Source: Lepidodermella squamata (taxonomy: Eukaryota; Animalia; Gastrotricha). From it: a stretch of DNA of 64,000 bases. Location: assembly GCA_047495785.1 (NCBI GenBank), contig JBLDXI010000009.1, positions 2,170,001 to 2,234,000 on the forward strand, given 5' to 3'. Below, in pieces: positions 47,567 to 58,317 of this stretch. A program made the position numbers and the translations under genes. The notes below the pieces were generated by a model. The model searched no databases and was not told the DNA's origin. It saw only the letters and a list, made by a program, of their open reading frames with translations. Every line of letters starts with the position of its first letter. The stretch's first letter is position 1.

Positions 47567-47687
47567 AAATACGCGTGTAAATAACCGAGAATCTCAACCA
47601 CAACAAATTATTATGTTTTCAAACAATCTAAGAAATATCGATATATGGTATTAAAATCAATGAATTTAATTGCGTAGAAAAAAATCG

Positions 47688-48236
47688 CTAAACAATGGTG
47701 ACGATGACGTCTTTGTTAGTTGCTGCGAAGCCGAGGAACCAAATTAAGGCCGACGATGCGTACAGCAATAATGCGCACATGTGAACGAGTGATATCTTGA
47801 CGTTGAACGAAAAAGTGATCAACAAAATAAAAACTGCGGCGTAGAGGAGTACGGTGATGAAATGGCGCTGCAGTCGCCACAACCGAAGAGGCCGCCATTT
47901 GTACGTGACAGTCACGCGGTCAGAGTAGGGCGCGTTGCAAACGCTGCAGCGCGGGCGCCGGGCGAAAACTGATGCGACCAGCTGCCAATCATCGCCCGCC
48001 ATCGATTGGCGCTGTTTTTGCAGCCAATCACGCAGGCACTCGATGTGAACGTAGCCAACACTGCCGCGGCATTGGCAAAGGTCGGCGTACAACGTCGTTG
48101 TCGTCGCGTCTCCGTCATCGTAGCAAATTTGACACATAGCCGGTTCAGGCTGCTGGTTGTTAATGCTCACCGCCGGCGACATCGCATTCACGTTTGATTG
48201 ATTATTAGTACTGTTTCGAGCAGTTTCGTCTTCCAT
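47688..48236 (-). CDS. Small MARCH-like RING-CH protein with two TM segments (intronless paralog)
   Basis: CQICY...CQCRGSVGYVHIECLRDW...CSVCNAPY, then two hydrophobic helices. Confidence 0.86.
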   Translation of the reverse strand: MEDETARNSTNNQSNVNAMSPAVSINNQQPEPAMCQICYDDGDATTTTLYADLCQCRGSVGYVHIECLRDWLQKQRQSMAGDDWQLVASVFARRPRCSVCNAPYSDRVTVTYKWRPLRLWRLQRHFITVLLYAAVFILLITFSFNVKISLVHMCALLLYASSALIWFLGFAATNKDVIVTIV

Positions 48237-49341
48237 ACATGCGAGAGAAAATTCGCTTTATGATAAAAGTCGAATTTCTCATTTTTGGCTTAACAATGTC
48301 GCTTCTATATTTGCTCTTTATTCACGTGAGCCATCTCTTGTTTGCTTAAAGTTTGAACTATTCGGGAAGTAAAACATGGTGCAGTGGCCTGACGCATCAT
48401 AATCATGCCACCAAATGTATCAGGGCGCGTGCCATAATCGCGTTGAACTTTAGACTTCATATAGATATGAGGCGCGCGCTTTACCTGAGACGAAGCGACG
48501 AGACTATATAATTAGGTGTTGAGTACTGGCCGCCTTTGATTGTCTGCAACACAATTAGACAATATTTATGCGAGCGTGGCCAATCCTTTCGTATCATCTT
48601 GTCAAACATCTTGCAATGCGGCATACGGCCGCTTCAAATTTCGAATTTTCTAATTAATTATGTTCCAAAAATCAATTTTTTGTGATTTGAAAGATTTAAA
48701 ATTGAGACCGGATTGAATCATCGTAAATACTCGCTTCAATTTTCTCGAGCTTCCCAGTCACATTGGTCCGCATACCGTAGATGATAATTAGGATTCATAA
48801 TTTTCTTCAGAAAATAATACTGATGAAAGGATATTCAAAAAATGCTGCCGTGTTCCATGTCCGAAATTTTTAATTTTTTTTGCCACCGCGCTTGCTTTGA
48901 AAGCGCCGAATGAATTTCACTTGTTGTTTTTATTGAAGACGCGCTGCTGCTTATTTACCAGTCTGGTTTATTAATAGATCGCTTCTCGTGATTATGCGCA
49001 GATGCGCGGCGTAGCAATATTATTTTCTTTTCAGAAATATTACCACCAGGCAGGTAATATAATAAACAAGATGATTATTTTTAAGTAAACAACACTGAGC
49101 ATCTTATAGAAAAACACGAGAACCAAGAGAGGACCGCAGCGCTCAAGCAGCCACTTTTCGTGCATGCCTTCATTCAGATTTCGATTTCATTACCTGCCCA
49201 GATGACCACTTCATCAAAATTATTGCTACGCACCAGAAAATTACCAATTTCAGTGCGACCCGTGTTCTCAACAATTTCTATTCCCTTCGTAGAAATTTAT
49301 TTTTATAATTGGTCTTCCACTCAAAATCCGGTAATTAATCA

Positions 49342-50511
49342 ATGGTCGAAGCAAGCACTGAGCCGCATCGGGGCATAACCGTTGGAAACACCTTAATAAA
49401 ACCCGCCATTTTACCGATTTACAAACAAGGCGAACCTAGTGATGATTGCACCAAACTGCTCGAGCAAACTATGTCAAATGCCACGACGCCGATTTTCTTC
49501 CAACGAAATGGCCAGGTCATTATCGGAACGGGGTTTTTCTATCGAAATTCAGTACAAAATGACAAGGGCCTTAATATGCTGGTCTCAATTAACCAACCCA
49601 ACTCGCCGAATAGACCTGTTTCCGCAACTGGTATCAAACCCATTTCGGATACAGAGCAAAGTGAAATTAATGAATCGATCAGCTATTACATTGCTAAATT
49701 CAGTTCAATAATTCGCTATTTTGCTAAGAAATTATCGATATTATACCACCGTATAGTATCGATGATTTTCAGAAGCGAAGCTCGGAAAATTGATCAAATT
49801 TCGAGCGCTCTTATGAATTATCCACCAGTTTATTTGGTTACAACTAAGTCGATCTTTCAAAACTCGAACACTGCCGAGTCCGGTTGCGATCTTGATCAGC
49901 TTTATTTTTCGTTTTTCTACCGCGTCTCGCCGAAATTCGACCGCGTGTTTTCGGGTCGTTTTCAGCTCAGTGATATTTGTGAACACCCTACGGAAGACCT
50001 GGCGGCTATCGATGTTTGCAAGCTGCTTACGTCGACAGGCAGTGATGACGATAAGTTCAACCTACGGCAAATTTGCTGCTTGAATTCAAGCCAAATTCGA
50101 AGCGATCAGTATTTGGCAGAGAATTTCGGAGTTGCTGAACGTGTGACTCTATTTGGATTTTGTTACAATTATTGCAGCGACGGCGAGCAGCAGTGGCTTG
50201 AAGAAGACCCAATCGCAAGGACGGGATTCACCGCGTTCCCTCCTGCTAAAAATTTTCATTGCCGAAATGAGGGCATTGTATCGATGATAAGCCATTCCGG
50301 GTTCGATTGCGGCGCGCCGATTATGATGCGGAAGGGCGGAGCTAATAGCGGAGGTGAATCGTGTTTTCTTGGCATCTTGCGCCAATGGCACTCGATGGAA
50401 TCGTTAACCGGTCACGACAACGGCGAGCAGCATAGAATGATTTTGGGGAAATACGTCAAAGCTGGCTTACTGCTCAATATCGATTGTTGGCTGCCGCTGA
50501 GAAAAAAATGA
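49342..50511 (+). CDS. Intronless trypsin-like fold protein resembling bacterial serine proteases; catalytic His and Ser replaced
   Basis: GTGFFY, VYLVTTKS, HPTEDLAAID, VTLFGF, PIARTGFTAFPP, SHSGFDCGAPI, FLGIL, LGKYVKA. Confidence 0.65.
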   Translation: MVEASTEPHRGITVGNTLIKPAILPIYKQGEPSDDCTKLLEQTMSNATTPIFFQRNGQVIIGTGFFYRNSVQNDKGLNMLVSINQPNSPNRPVSATGIKPISDTEQSEINESISYYIAKFSSIIRYFAKKLSILYHRIVSMIFRSEARKIDQISSALMNYPPVYLVTTKSIFQNSNTAESGCDLDQLYFSFFYRVSPKFDRVFSGRFQLSDICEHPTEDLAAIDVCKLLTSTGSDDDKFNLRQICCLNSSQIRSDQYLAENFGVAERVTLFGFCYNYCSDGEQQWLEEDPIARTGFTAFPPAKNFHCRNEGIVSMISHSGFDCGAPIMMRKGGANSGGESCFLGILRQWHSMESLTGHDNGEQHRMILGKYVKAGLLLNIDCWLPLRKK

Positions 50512-50966
50512 CACAACTACAATCATTCCTATATTTTTAAAGTATTTTATTTTCAAAATTTAGCAAAATGGCAGCACAGTGATACTCCTATAGATTTATT
50601 TGTATCCCTAAATTAAAGAAATTAATAAAAAATGAGTCTCATTTAAATTTCCAAGTTTTTTTTAATATTGCACGGAAAATGTTCTCGATTTTCAGTTCAC
50701 TTTTTCACATGCCTGCGGTAATCTCATCCTCAAATGACACGACAATTCCTTTAGCTCGGTTTTTTCTTAAAGCTTAAGAATGCCGTGGGCGGTATACATT
50801 ATCATACGGTCTAGCTTGAAAGTAGAAATCCCTCGCCTCTTCGTGGCTTTGCGGCACTCGAGGCAGCGAGACAACATTCACTCACCTGAATAATCGATGA
50901 TTCGGGAAAAAGCAGCTCATAATTTTTACTTGCGCATTCGGGGGTAAAAACTTTATTTGAATTTCG

Positions 50967-52307
50967 ATGTCGAGCGCCACTTTAGCTGCTTTTGCAGTCC
51001 ATTTTCTCGCGGTATTAGGGTTAGTCCAAATGAGCTACGATTTGAAAAATAACATTAAGCTGTTCTCTTTCAGATTAAGCCTCGCCTATACTACTGTATG
51101 CTACAATTCTACGCAAACATCGAAACGATACTGCTTCTCGGATGGTCCGCCATTCAACGCGATTCCTCTACCAGCTGACCCGTTCAACGACATTCCACCT
51201 AAATTTCATCTGTTCAGGGATAACATTAACAATTCGAAAGTTATAAACTCAAGCCGAGAGATCAATCTCAATCATGGGCTCGTAGTCATTGCACATGGTT
51301 GGATGGGAAATTATGAGAATACGAAACCCTGGAACAAACCGATTATGGAAAATTTGTTCACTATAATGGTATGACTTATATTTCAACATCAGAGTTCGAA
51401 TTATTTCTTGCAATAATTTATTATAGCCAAATGTGAGCATTTTGTTCGTCGAGTGGGAAAAGGGGGCGGCATGGTCGGGTTGGCAACCATATGATACCCC
51501 GGCATCGAATACCCGGGCTACCGCAGCAGCGATAGTCGATTTTCTGCTGGCTAATCCAAAATTCAACGCCAGCAGGGCCCATTGCATAGGATTCAGTCTT
51601 GGCAGGTAGATTGTTGCTTTGAAGTTAGGAAAATTTTCGAATTTCATTTATTTCAAGTCATGTTTGTGGATTCGCTGGAAAACGTTTAGCCGCCTCAGGC
51701 TTCGAAAAAGGCTGGGGCCGAATCAGCATTCTTGACCCAGCTTGGCCAACTTTTGACGTGGAAAACCCTTCAGCTAGGGCCGATAAAGGCGACGGAGAAT
51801 TCGTTGATGTTATTCATAGTGAGATTTATAAATAATTGCAAACAATTTCAAATTTAAATTGATTTTATAGCTTCACGCCTCGGGTTAGGACGCCCAATTG
51901 GCGACATTGATTTTTTCGTGTCTGGTGCTACGACGCAGCCTGGATGTTCGCGAATTTCCGGACGCCGCAAACGCCGGTGGGTGATAGATGCTATAGTCGA
52001 TTGGATCAGCGATGCAGTCATGTGCAGCCACATTCGTGCCGCTCAAATTTACGCTGAAACCATCCTGCGGCGTCCCAACTTCAACCTGACCGGCGTCTTG
52101 ACTGATGTCACGCGAACGGGGCCAGGGTCGTGCACTTTCTCGAAATTCTGCCCCTGCGCTTCGTTGAGCGAGTATCAAAAAGGCCAATGTCGTCAATGTG
52201 AGCTGAAGAATTCACAGGTTATAGGCTACTGGTCATTTATGCGCCCAAGCCAAGGTAGTTTCTACGGCGAGCTGGCTGAAAAGGCCCCCTTCTGCGTTGA
52301 AGCCTGA
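50967..52307 (+). CDS. Pancreatic lipase-like secreted lipase (multi-exon)
   Basis: Signal peptide, IAHGW, HCIGFSLGSH (GxSxG), LDPAWP, FVDVIHT, IGDIDFF, CSHIRA. Confidence 0.9.
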
Positions 52308-52657
52308 CGCAAATAAATAATATCCTACCAGTCATCAATCAAAAATTTGACCTATCGAATAGTATTGAATTAAATGTCGTGTTTGACTTCATAGTGGCGT
52401 GTTTTTGTGCGCAAAGGTCATCTGGGGTCAGGTGCTGGGTTAAAAAAACGAGCGTTCTTTGCATGCGGTTTTTTATTACAAAAGCGCTGCTCCTTTCATC
52501 TTGCCGGTAAAAACAAGCTGCACGAAAAAGCGGTCATGCGATCAAAAAAGGTGTTTTTCAATCGAGCGATGATAAATAGCTCGGCTTTTTATCAAAACGA
52601 TACGACACATTTTCTCTACGTCGCCGCATAAAATAAACAAATTAGCGCACGGACAAA

Positions 52658-53779
52658 ATGCCCAAGTTCAACGTGAGCGATGCTTACTCGTGGTTTACGA
52701 AATTTTTCGATCGACGCGACAGCTCAGCAAAGTCAGAGGAGCAATTTGAAAATGGTAAAAATAATTTTTATAATTTTAATCATAAATGCAAATTAAAAAT
52801 TTCAGATGAGCAAGAAGAGTTCGAAAAGGAAAATGAACGAAAGGAAAAGTTGGAATCAACTTACAAGGACATCCTGAGGCGAAATACAGCATTCCACGAT
52901 ATTATGACGGCTTTCAATGTTTTGCTAGCCGATGAAGGCGGTAAATTGATGCATTTGAAAGAGGAATCTCGCGAGCTGCTTCACTGGGCGTTTCAACAAC
53001 GCGAATCAGCCGACAAATTTCGCGAATGTCGCAAAAAAGATTTCCTAAGCGTACTCGAGGCGTTAGTTGATCGATTGGCTTCGAAGGTCGAGCAGCTAGC
53101 CGCTGAAAAAGATTGGCTGTTGGGCAAGCAGAAAGAACAGGACACAGTTAGAGATGAACTGATGCGAGCCCGTGGCGACACTCTTCGCCACGTTTTGAAG
53201 GACATGCAAACAGAGTTATTCTCGAAAATTTCAGAACTCGGCTTGGATCGATTTGCCTGCTACAAGTCAGGAAAAAACGGCATAATCCAGCAGCGCCATT
53301 CTAACCCCTTCTACAATGTTGAGGCTGAGAAGAAGCTGATGGACGATTTCTGGAAACAGCTAACGCTGGTCAATGATTTTGTCTCTGACAGCGAGACACG
53401 GTTAGGAAAACTGACCGAAACCGACAAAAAATTGGGCCAAGAAATTCAAGCCCAAAAGCGACGTCTATCTGAACTACGTCAACAGATGGATGTCAATCTA
53501 CTGCGATTTGTCTCTGAAAACGAGAGCCTGCTCCATGGCGCTGCTTTCCAGCTTCAAGTCGTCGAGCTGTTGACAGTCATTCGCCGTTTGACGGATTTGG
53601 TCGAGCAGCTGCAGAGCGAAATCATGCGGCTGAAATGTCAGCGAGTTCGCGTTGAAATCGGCCTGGAAATTCTGCGAAGTGAGGACGTTGATTTGGGCCG
53701 AGCTGTCGGTGAACTCGGCAAATACATTCGCTTCATCGAAAGTGTTACAAACCCCTCAGTTTTGGTCTCATCGAATTGA
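52658..53779 (+). CDS. Uncharacterised coiled-coil protein (probable in-frame 51-nt intron 52755-52805)
   Basis: 373-codon ORF rich in E/K/L/Q heptads; AATAAA downstream. Confidence 0.7.
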   Translation: MPKFNVSDAYSWFTKFFDRRDSSAKSEEQFENGKNNFYNFNHKCKLKISDEQEEFEKENERKEKLESTYKDILRRNTAFHDIMTAFNVLLADEGGKLMHLKEESRELLHWAFQQRESADKFRECRKKDFLSVLEALVDRLASKVEQLAAEKDWLLGKQKEQDTVRDELMRARGDTLRHVLKDMQTELFSKISELGLDRFACYKSGKNGIIQQRHSNPFYNVEAEKKLMDDFWKQLTLVNDFVSDSETRLGKLTETDKKLGQEIQAQKRRLSELRQQMDVNLLRFVSENESLLHGAAFQLQVVELLTVIRRLTDLVEQLQSEIMRLKCQRVRVEIGLEILRSEDVDLGRAVGELGKYIRFIESVTNPSVLVSSN

Positions 53780-54369
53780 TTATAGCTTTTAACTGGACGA
53801 TTTCCCTTTCAATTTATATCAATTTTTACCGTTTATACTAGCGAATTCAGGTCCATAGTTTACAACAAGACTAAATAAAAATAAGTGCGTTGTCAAGTTC
53901 ATCGTTTTTCCACTTGATACTTTTCACACCTTTCTTGAAGTGGTGGTATATCATTTCGCCTGGCTTTTATTAGGGGATGCGCAAAATTTGCCAAAATGTT
54001 ACCGCATCGTGAATAGCTGTAATAAATGTGCCACAGGTCGCATTCTGTGCGCCATTTTTTTCTCAAAAAGCGCAACCTTATTTTGTCCAACCTGGTCAGA
54101 ATCGGGGTGTAATTATTATCGCCCTCCTCGGTATAAATTCATCATTATAATCATCATCATCATCAATAAAAACATGACGAAAACGTTGCTATGCGCGTCA
54201 GCCACCCCTCGCTGGTTGATGAAAAAAACTACCGGCGCCTATTATTCTTCAACCGCGGCAGGTAATCGCGTTTTTTTGCTGCCCACAAGGTGCGCGGTTT
54301 TACGTCAATAAATTTTATTCGACGCAATCAAAACCGCTTAACAGTGCAAATAATTCTCAGGATTCCGAA

Positions 54370-54966
54370 ATGATCATCTTCATTGCCCATATTTTCGCCG
54401 CTTTTTACGAACTGCTGCAGCGCAGCAACGGCTATGTTGATCCTGTTATCAAGGAGCGAGAGGAGAAGCGACGCGAACAAGAAGCTAAAGACGAAGCTGA
54501 AATCGAGCTTCGCCAGAAAGGTTTAAAGAATTTTTTTAATTTCACTCTTCCAATTTGTTTCATTTCAGTGACATTATTCAACGGCTACAACCAATTCATT
54601 TTTGAGAAGCTGGACGATTTCGCTGACAAGATAGCCACGGCCGAGAGCAAAATTCCTAATGACAATGAGCTAGTAGCTGGTGCGATCGCCTTGCTTGAGA
54701 AAAGTTACGAAACCTTGAAACAGCAAATCGAATACAGCGAGCCCGCTCGTTCGGCGTTTGCCCAATCAACAAGTGCGGCTGAGCTGGAACGCCGAGTTGC
54801 CAACCTGCGTCGCAAGGCTGAGCAGACTCTCAAGAAAGGCGAAGCGTTGAAATCTGAAATCGAAGCTATCTCCAACGATTTTGCGCCTCTGAATGAAAAA
54901 TGGCGCCAGATTAGGGAGGAGCTGGTCAGCGAATCTCACCAATTCGGCAAATCAGTGTCGGTTTAA
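54370..54966 (+). CDS. Uncharacterised coiled-coil protein (probable in-frame 48-nt intron 54521-54568)
   Basis: Hydrophobic N-terminus, then E/K/A-rich helices. Confidence 0.65.
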   Translation: MIIFIAHIFAAFYELLQRSNGYVDPVIKEREEKRREQEAKDEAEIELRQKGLKNFFNFTLPICFISVTLFNGYNQFIFEKLDDFADKIATAESKIPNDNELVAGAIALLEKSYETLKQQIEYSEPARSAFAQSTSAAELERRVANLRRKAEQTLKKGEALKSEIEAISNDFAPLNEKWRQIREELVSESHQFGKSVSV

Positions 54967-55330
54967 TGAAATACCATCTCGATCAACAGACTTTCGAACC
55001 TTTCTTTTATCCACTTTCTTCGATAGAAAACAGCACGCAAAATTTCAAATTATTTATTTTTTATTCTTTTTCAAAGATGACATTCAGGTCGTGAATTTTA
55101 ATAAAGCACTCTGCCATCAAATTTCTTGAATATTTCTTGATTTATCACACGATCACGAAATGGAATGTGCAAATATAAAAGTTGCCATCACACTCAACAG
55201 CAGCGTCAGAAAAAAATAAGTCGTACACTAGAACAAAAAAGCAGCACAAATATTATGATGGATTTATATATCAGCTCGTAATTTCTTCTCGTAAGTTTTT
55301 GCTCTCATCAGCTCGGAAAAGAAACACCAA

Positions 55331-57715
55331 TCAACAACCCGAAACGTCCTTAGGCTTGGCATTCGGTTTCCGGTAGAATCGCTCATCAGATGGCGAAAAT
55401 CCTTTTTCAGGTGCGCCGAAAACCGCCCAGGACGGGGTAGGAGCTGCATAGTCCAGCGCGTCAAAATCGCTGCGGTTTGACGCGATCAATTCATGGAATT
55501 TCTCGTAGTCAATCCACGTATGCCACTCATCGCCGATTTTGAATCGCTTATGCGATATCAACATGCACATTGAATGCGCATGCTCAGACGCCAGCGCGTA
55601 GTCATCGCCCAACATATCAGCCAGTTTTTGCGTGAAGGTCACAACTTCCTCGAGCCACGGGACATTTTTCATCGTCAACTTCGACGTGCCTTTCGCGGGT
55701 TCGCCGCAATAAGTGACACCCTTGATTTCGATAAACGACGGCTTGCCACGCCTGATCAAATTCGCATAGCCCTGAAAATACCAAATATTAAAAAAAATCA
55801 GAATAAATTTCAATATTTTAAAAAATTCAACTTCAAACTTCAATATTTTAAAAAAAGTAACCTTAAATTTCAATATTTTAAAATATTTAACCTTAAATAT
55901 TAATATTTTAAAATATTTAACCTTAAATTTAAAAATTTAAAAAAATCCGCCTTAAATTTCAAAATTTCAATAAATGATACATCCGCCTTAAATATTTAAT
56001 AATTTTACCTCGAGTTCTTCCATATTCCATTCCTTGACTAGAGTAAGTCTGAAAACCGTTCGCTGTTTCTTCTCAGCCAGCGCGTCAATCGAGTCTAAGA
56101 ATCGATCCCAGAAGTCTGAGAACAGCGGTCGGTCGATTTTCTTCAAACTCTCCTTATTCGGCGCATCAATCGACACGTACAACTGGGTGACCGGCTTCAA
56201 ATTGCGAATCGCATCCGGGAACTGCGCATTCGTGACCAGAAAAGTTGAAATACGCCGTTCGTGCAGTAAATCGACCAGCTTATTGATCTCCGGGTACATG
56301 ATCGGCTCGCCGACCAAACTCAACGCGCAGTGGCGGATTTTCATCGCCTCCTCAAATCGATCCTCCCTAACGCCGGGCACGCCTTTCAGCTGTTTAATCA
56401 TAGCAATGTGGTTATTGATAGCACCTTCAACGATCGTCAACGCGTCGTCCATTTTCCACTTCCATTCCGTTCCGACCGGGTTCGTGTGATGGCGCCAGCA
56501 GAATACGCACTTATTAGCGCAGGCCAGCGATGGCGTGGTCTCCATGCACCGGTGAGATTCAATGCCGTAGAACGAGTGTTTGTAACACCCTCCACGGCCG
56601 CGCAACATCGCCTTGGTCCAACGGCACAATTTCACGCCTGAATGGCTTCCAATCACCTTGTAGCCCTGTTTGGTCAAAGATTCTCGGATCAGAGGTGTCA
56701 CCATTTCCTTTTCCTCGCCAGGCGCTTTCGTCGAACCGGCTAGTTTCCTCGCCTTCGGAACGGGCTTTTCCTTGCGGTTTCGAAGCGACGGTGCGACCAA
56801 ATCTTCAACATCCCCAGCCTCTTCAACGTGCTCGAATGGCTCGTCACCCGAGTCGCTTTCATAGTTAATTTCATCATTAGAGCTGCAGTCTCCGTTTTGA
56901 GCGGCCGCGCAATCACATAGAGCGTCATCCCCCTTACAACAGCTTTGAGCTTTGCCATTCGATGTAGCAGTTTCAGCGGTTTTAACCGGTGGGTTATACG
57001 TAAAATGTAAGAAATTCGTTAACAGTTCAATCACAATCTTCTCCTCGGTTCGCGTTTCCGTCGACGAGTCAATCAAAGTCACGCCGATAAGACGCTCCGC
57101 CCCCAGGTCGGCAAAAGCGGCATCCAGTTGCTTCGGAGCTTGGTTATACATCTGTCTCGCGTAAGCCGAGTCACCGAAACCAACAACGGCGAATCGAAGG
57201 TGAGCGAGGTGGTTTTTGCTGACTCGGAAGTCCGAAGCAGCGTCGACCAAATAGTCGAAAAACCACTCGCAGCCGGGTGGCGGGCGACCCTCGCTGAAGG
57301 TTGACATGAAAACGACGATGGTTGTGCCGGGTTTCAAGCTGGTAAAGCCCTCCGGGTCGCATTTTGTCATATCTTTTATGGTGACAACAAAATCTTGCCG
57401 CAAACTAAGCTTCTCCTGGAATTTCAGAGCCATGCTCTGGAAATACAAAAATAATGAAAAATCCACCTTAATCATTGTTCAAATTCTACCTTGGCCCGGC
57501 CTCCAGACGTTCCGTAGATGACAATAACGTCCTTTTTGTTCAGATCAACAGGCACATGCTATATTAATAATGAATTTAATGGCGGCTGATTTTTGATATA
57601 AAAAATAGCTTACATATCGCCCAAGGAAGGCCTTGGCAACCAAAACCAGAAAAATAATGAAAAGGACAACAAAAACGGCCAGTGGAGCCGGAAGACCGGC
57701 TATAACTGCCAACAT
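55331..57715 (-). CDS. TYW1: tRNA wybutosine-synthesis radical SAM enzyme (TM, flavodoxin, radical SAM)
   Basis: LTKQGYKVIGSHSGVKLCRWTK, CANKCVFCWRH, HCALSLVGEPIMYP, FLVTNAQFP, FIEIKGVTYCG; N-terminal TM and flavodoxin domain. Confidence 0.95.
55781..55995. repeat. AT-rich 30-bp minisatellite (~6-7 copies) in a TYW1 intron
   Basis: Unit approximately CCTTAAATTTCAATATTTTAAAATATTTAA. Confidence 0.85.
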
Positions 57716-58317
57716 TTACAAAAACAAACCTAGCATAAAAAAATCAATCGTTTAAAATGCTGCAATGATTCTCTCTTTATTTCTTCGATAGGTACGATTT
57801 TGAGCAAAAAACAGCTGATTCTCAGATAACTAGGTCGTTTTTCTTTCATCTTATCATCATACATAATTTGAATTAAAAGCGTAAAATCCGTGAATAAATA
57901 AACTTCGCATTTTGCTTTAAAGAAAGGCGAGAAAACGCAGGATGGTTTTCTGAATTTAATTTCAGTGATACACAAGATAAAGCGGCGGAGTGTCGAGAAA
58001 GAAATCAGCCAAAGTTTCACACAAATTTTATCCGCTTTCGCAATTATTAGTCCGGACTGAGCACGACGCATAGCACAACAAATCTCGAAATATAAGGAAT
58101 TCAAGTGAAACAATCTGGTGACAAAAAACTGATGTTATTATACAACGAAAACATGATAATTAAAAACAGCTCAATATATATCTCGAAATTCTACGAGCAA
58201 GAGAATTTCACATTTTTGCAATTCGTCTTTCAGGCTCTATTTCAAATCGTAACAAAACATAAACGAAAGACTTGGCGCTTTTAAAGTGGTGCGGATCTAT
58301 AGACAAAACAAGGCACA

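Noticed and set aside
48376-48430. A-box-like TGGTGCAGTGG, possible tRNA
   Set aside because: No B-box and no cloverleaf.
56034-57164. Plus-strand ORFs over TYW1 and similar antisense ORFs over the CYPs, Piwi and pecanex
   Set aside because: Shadow frames of real genes with no independent motifs.
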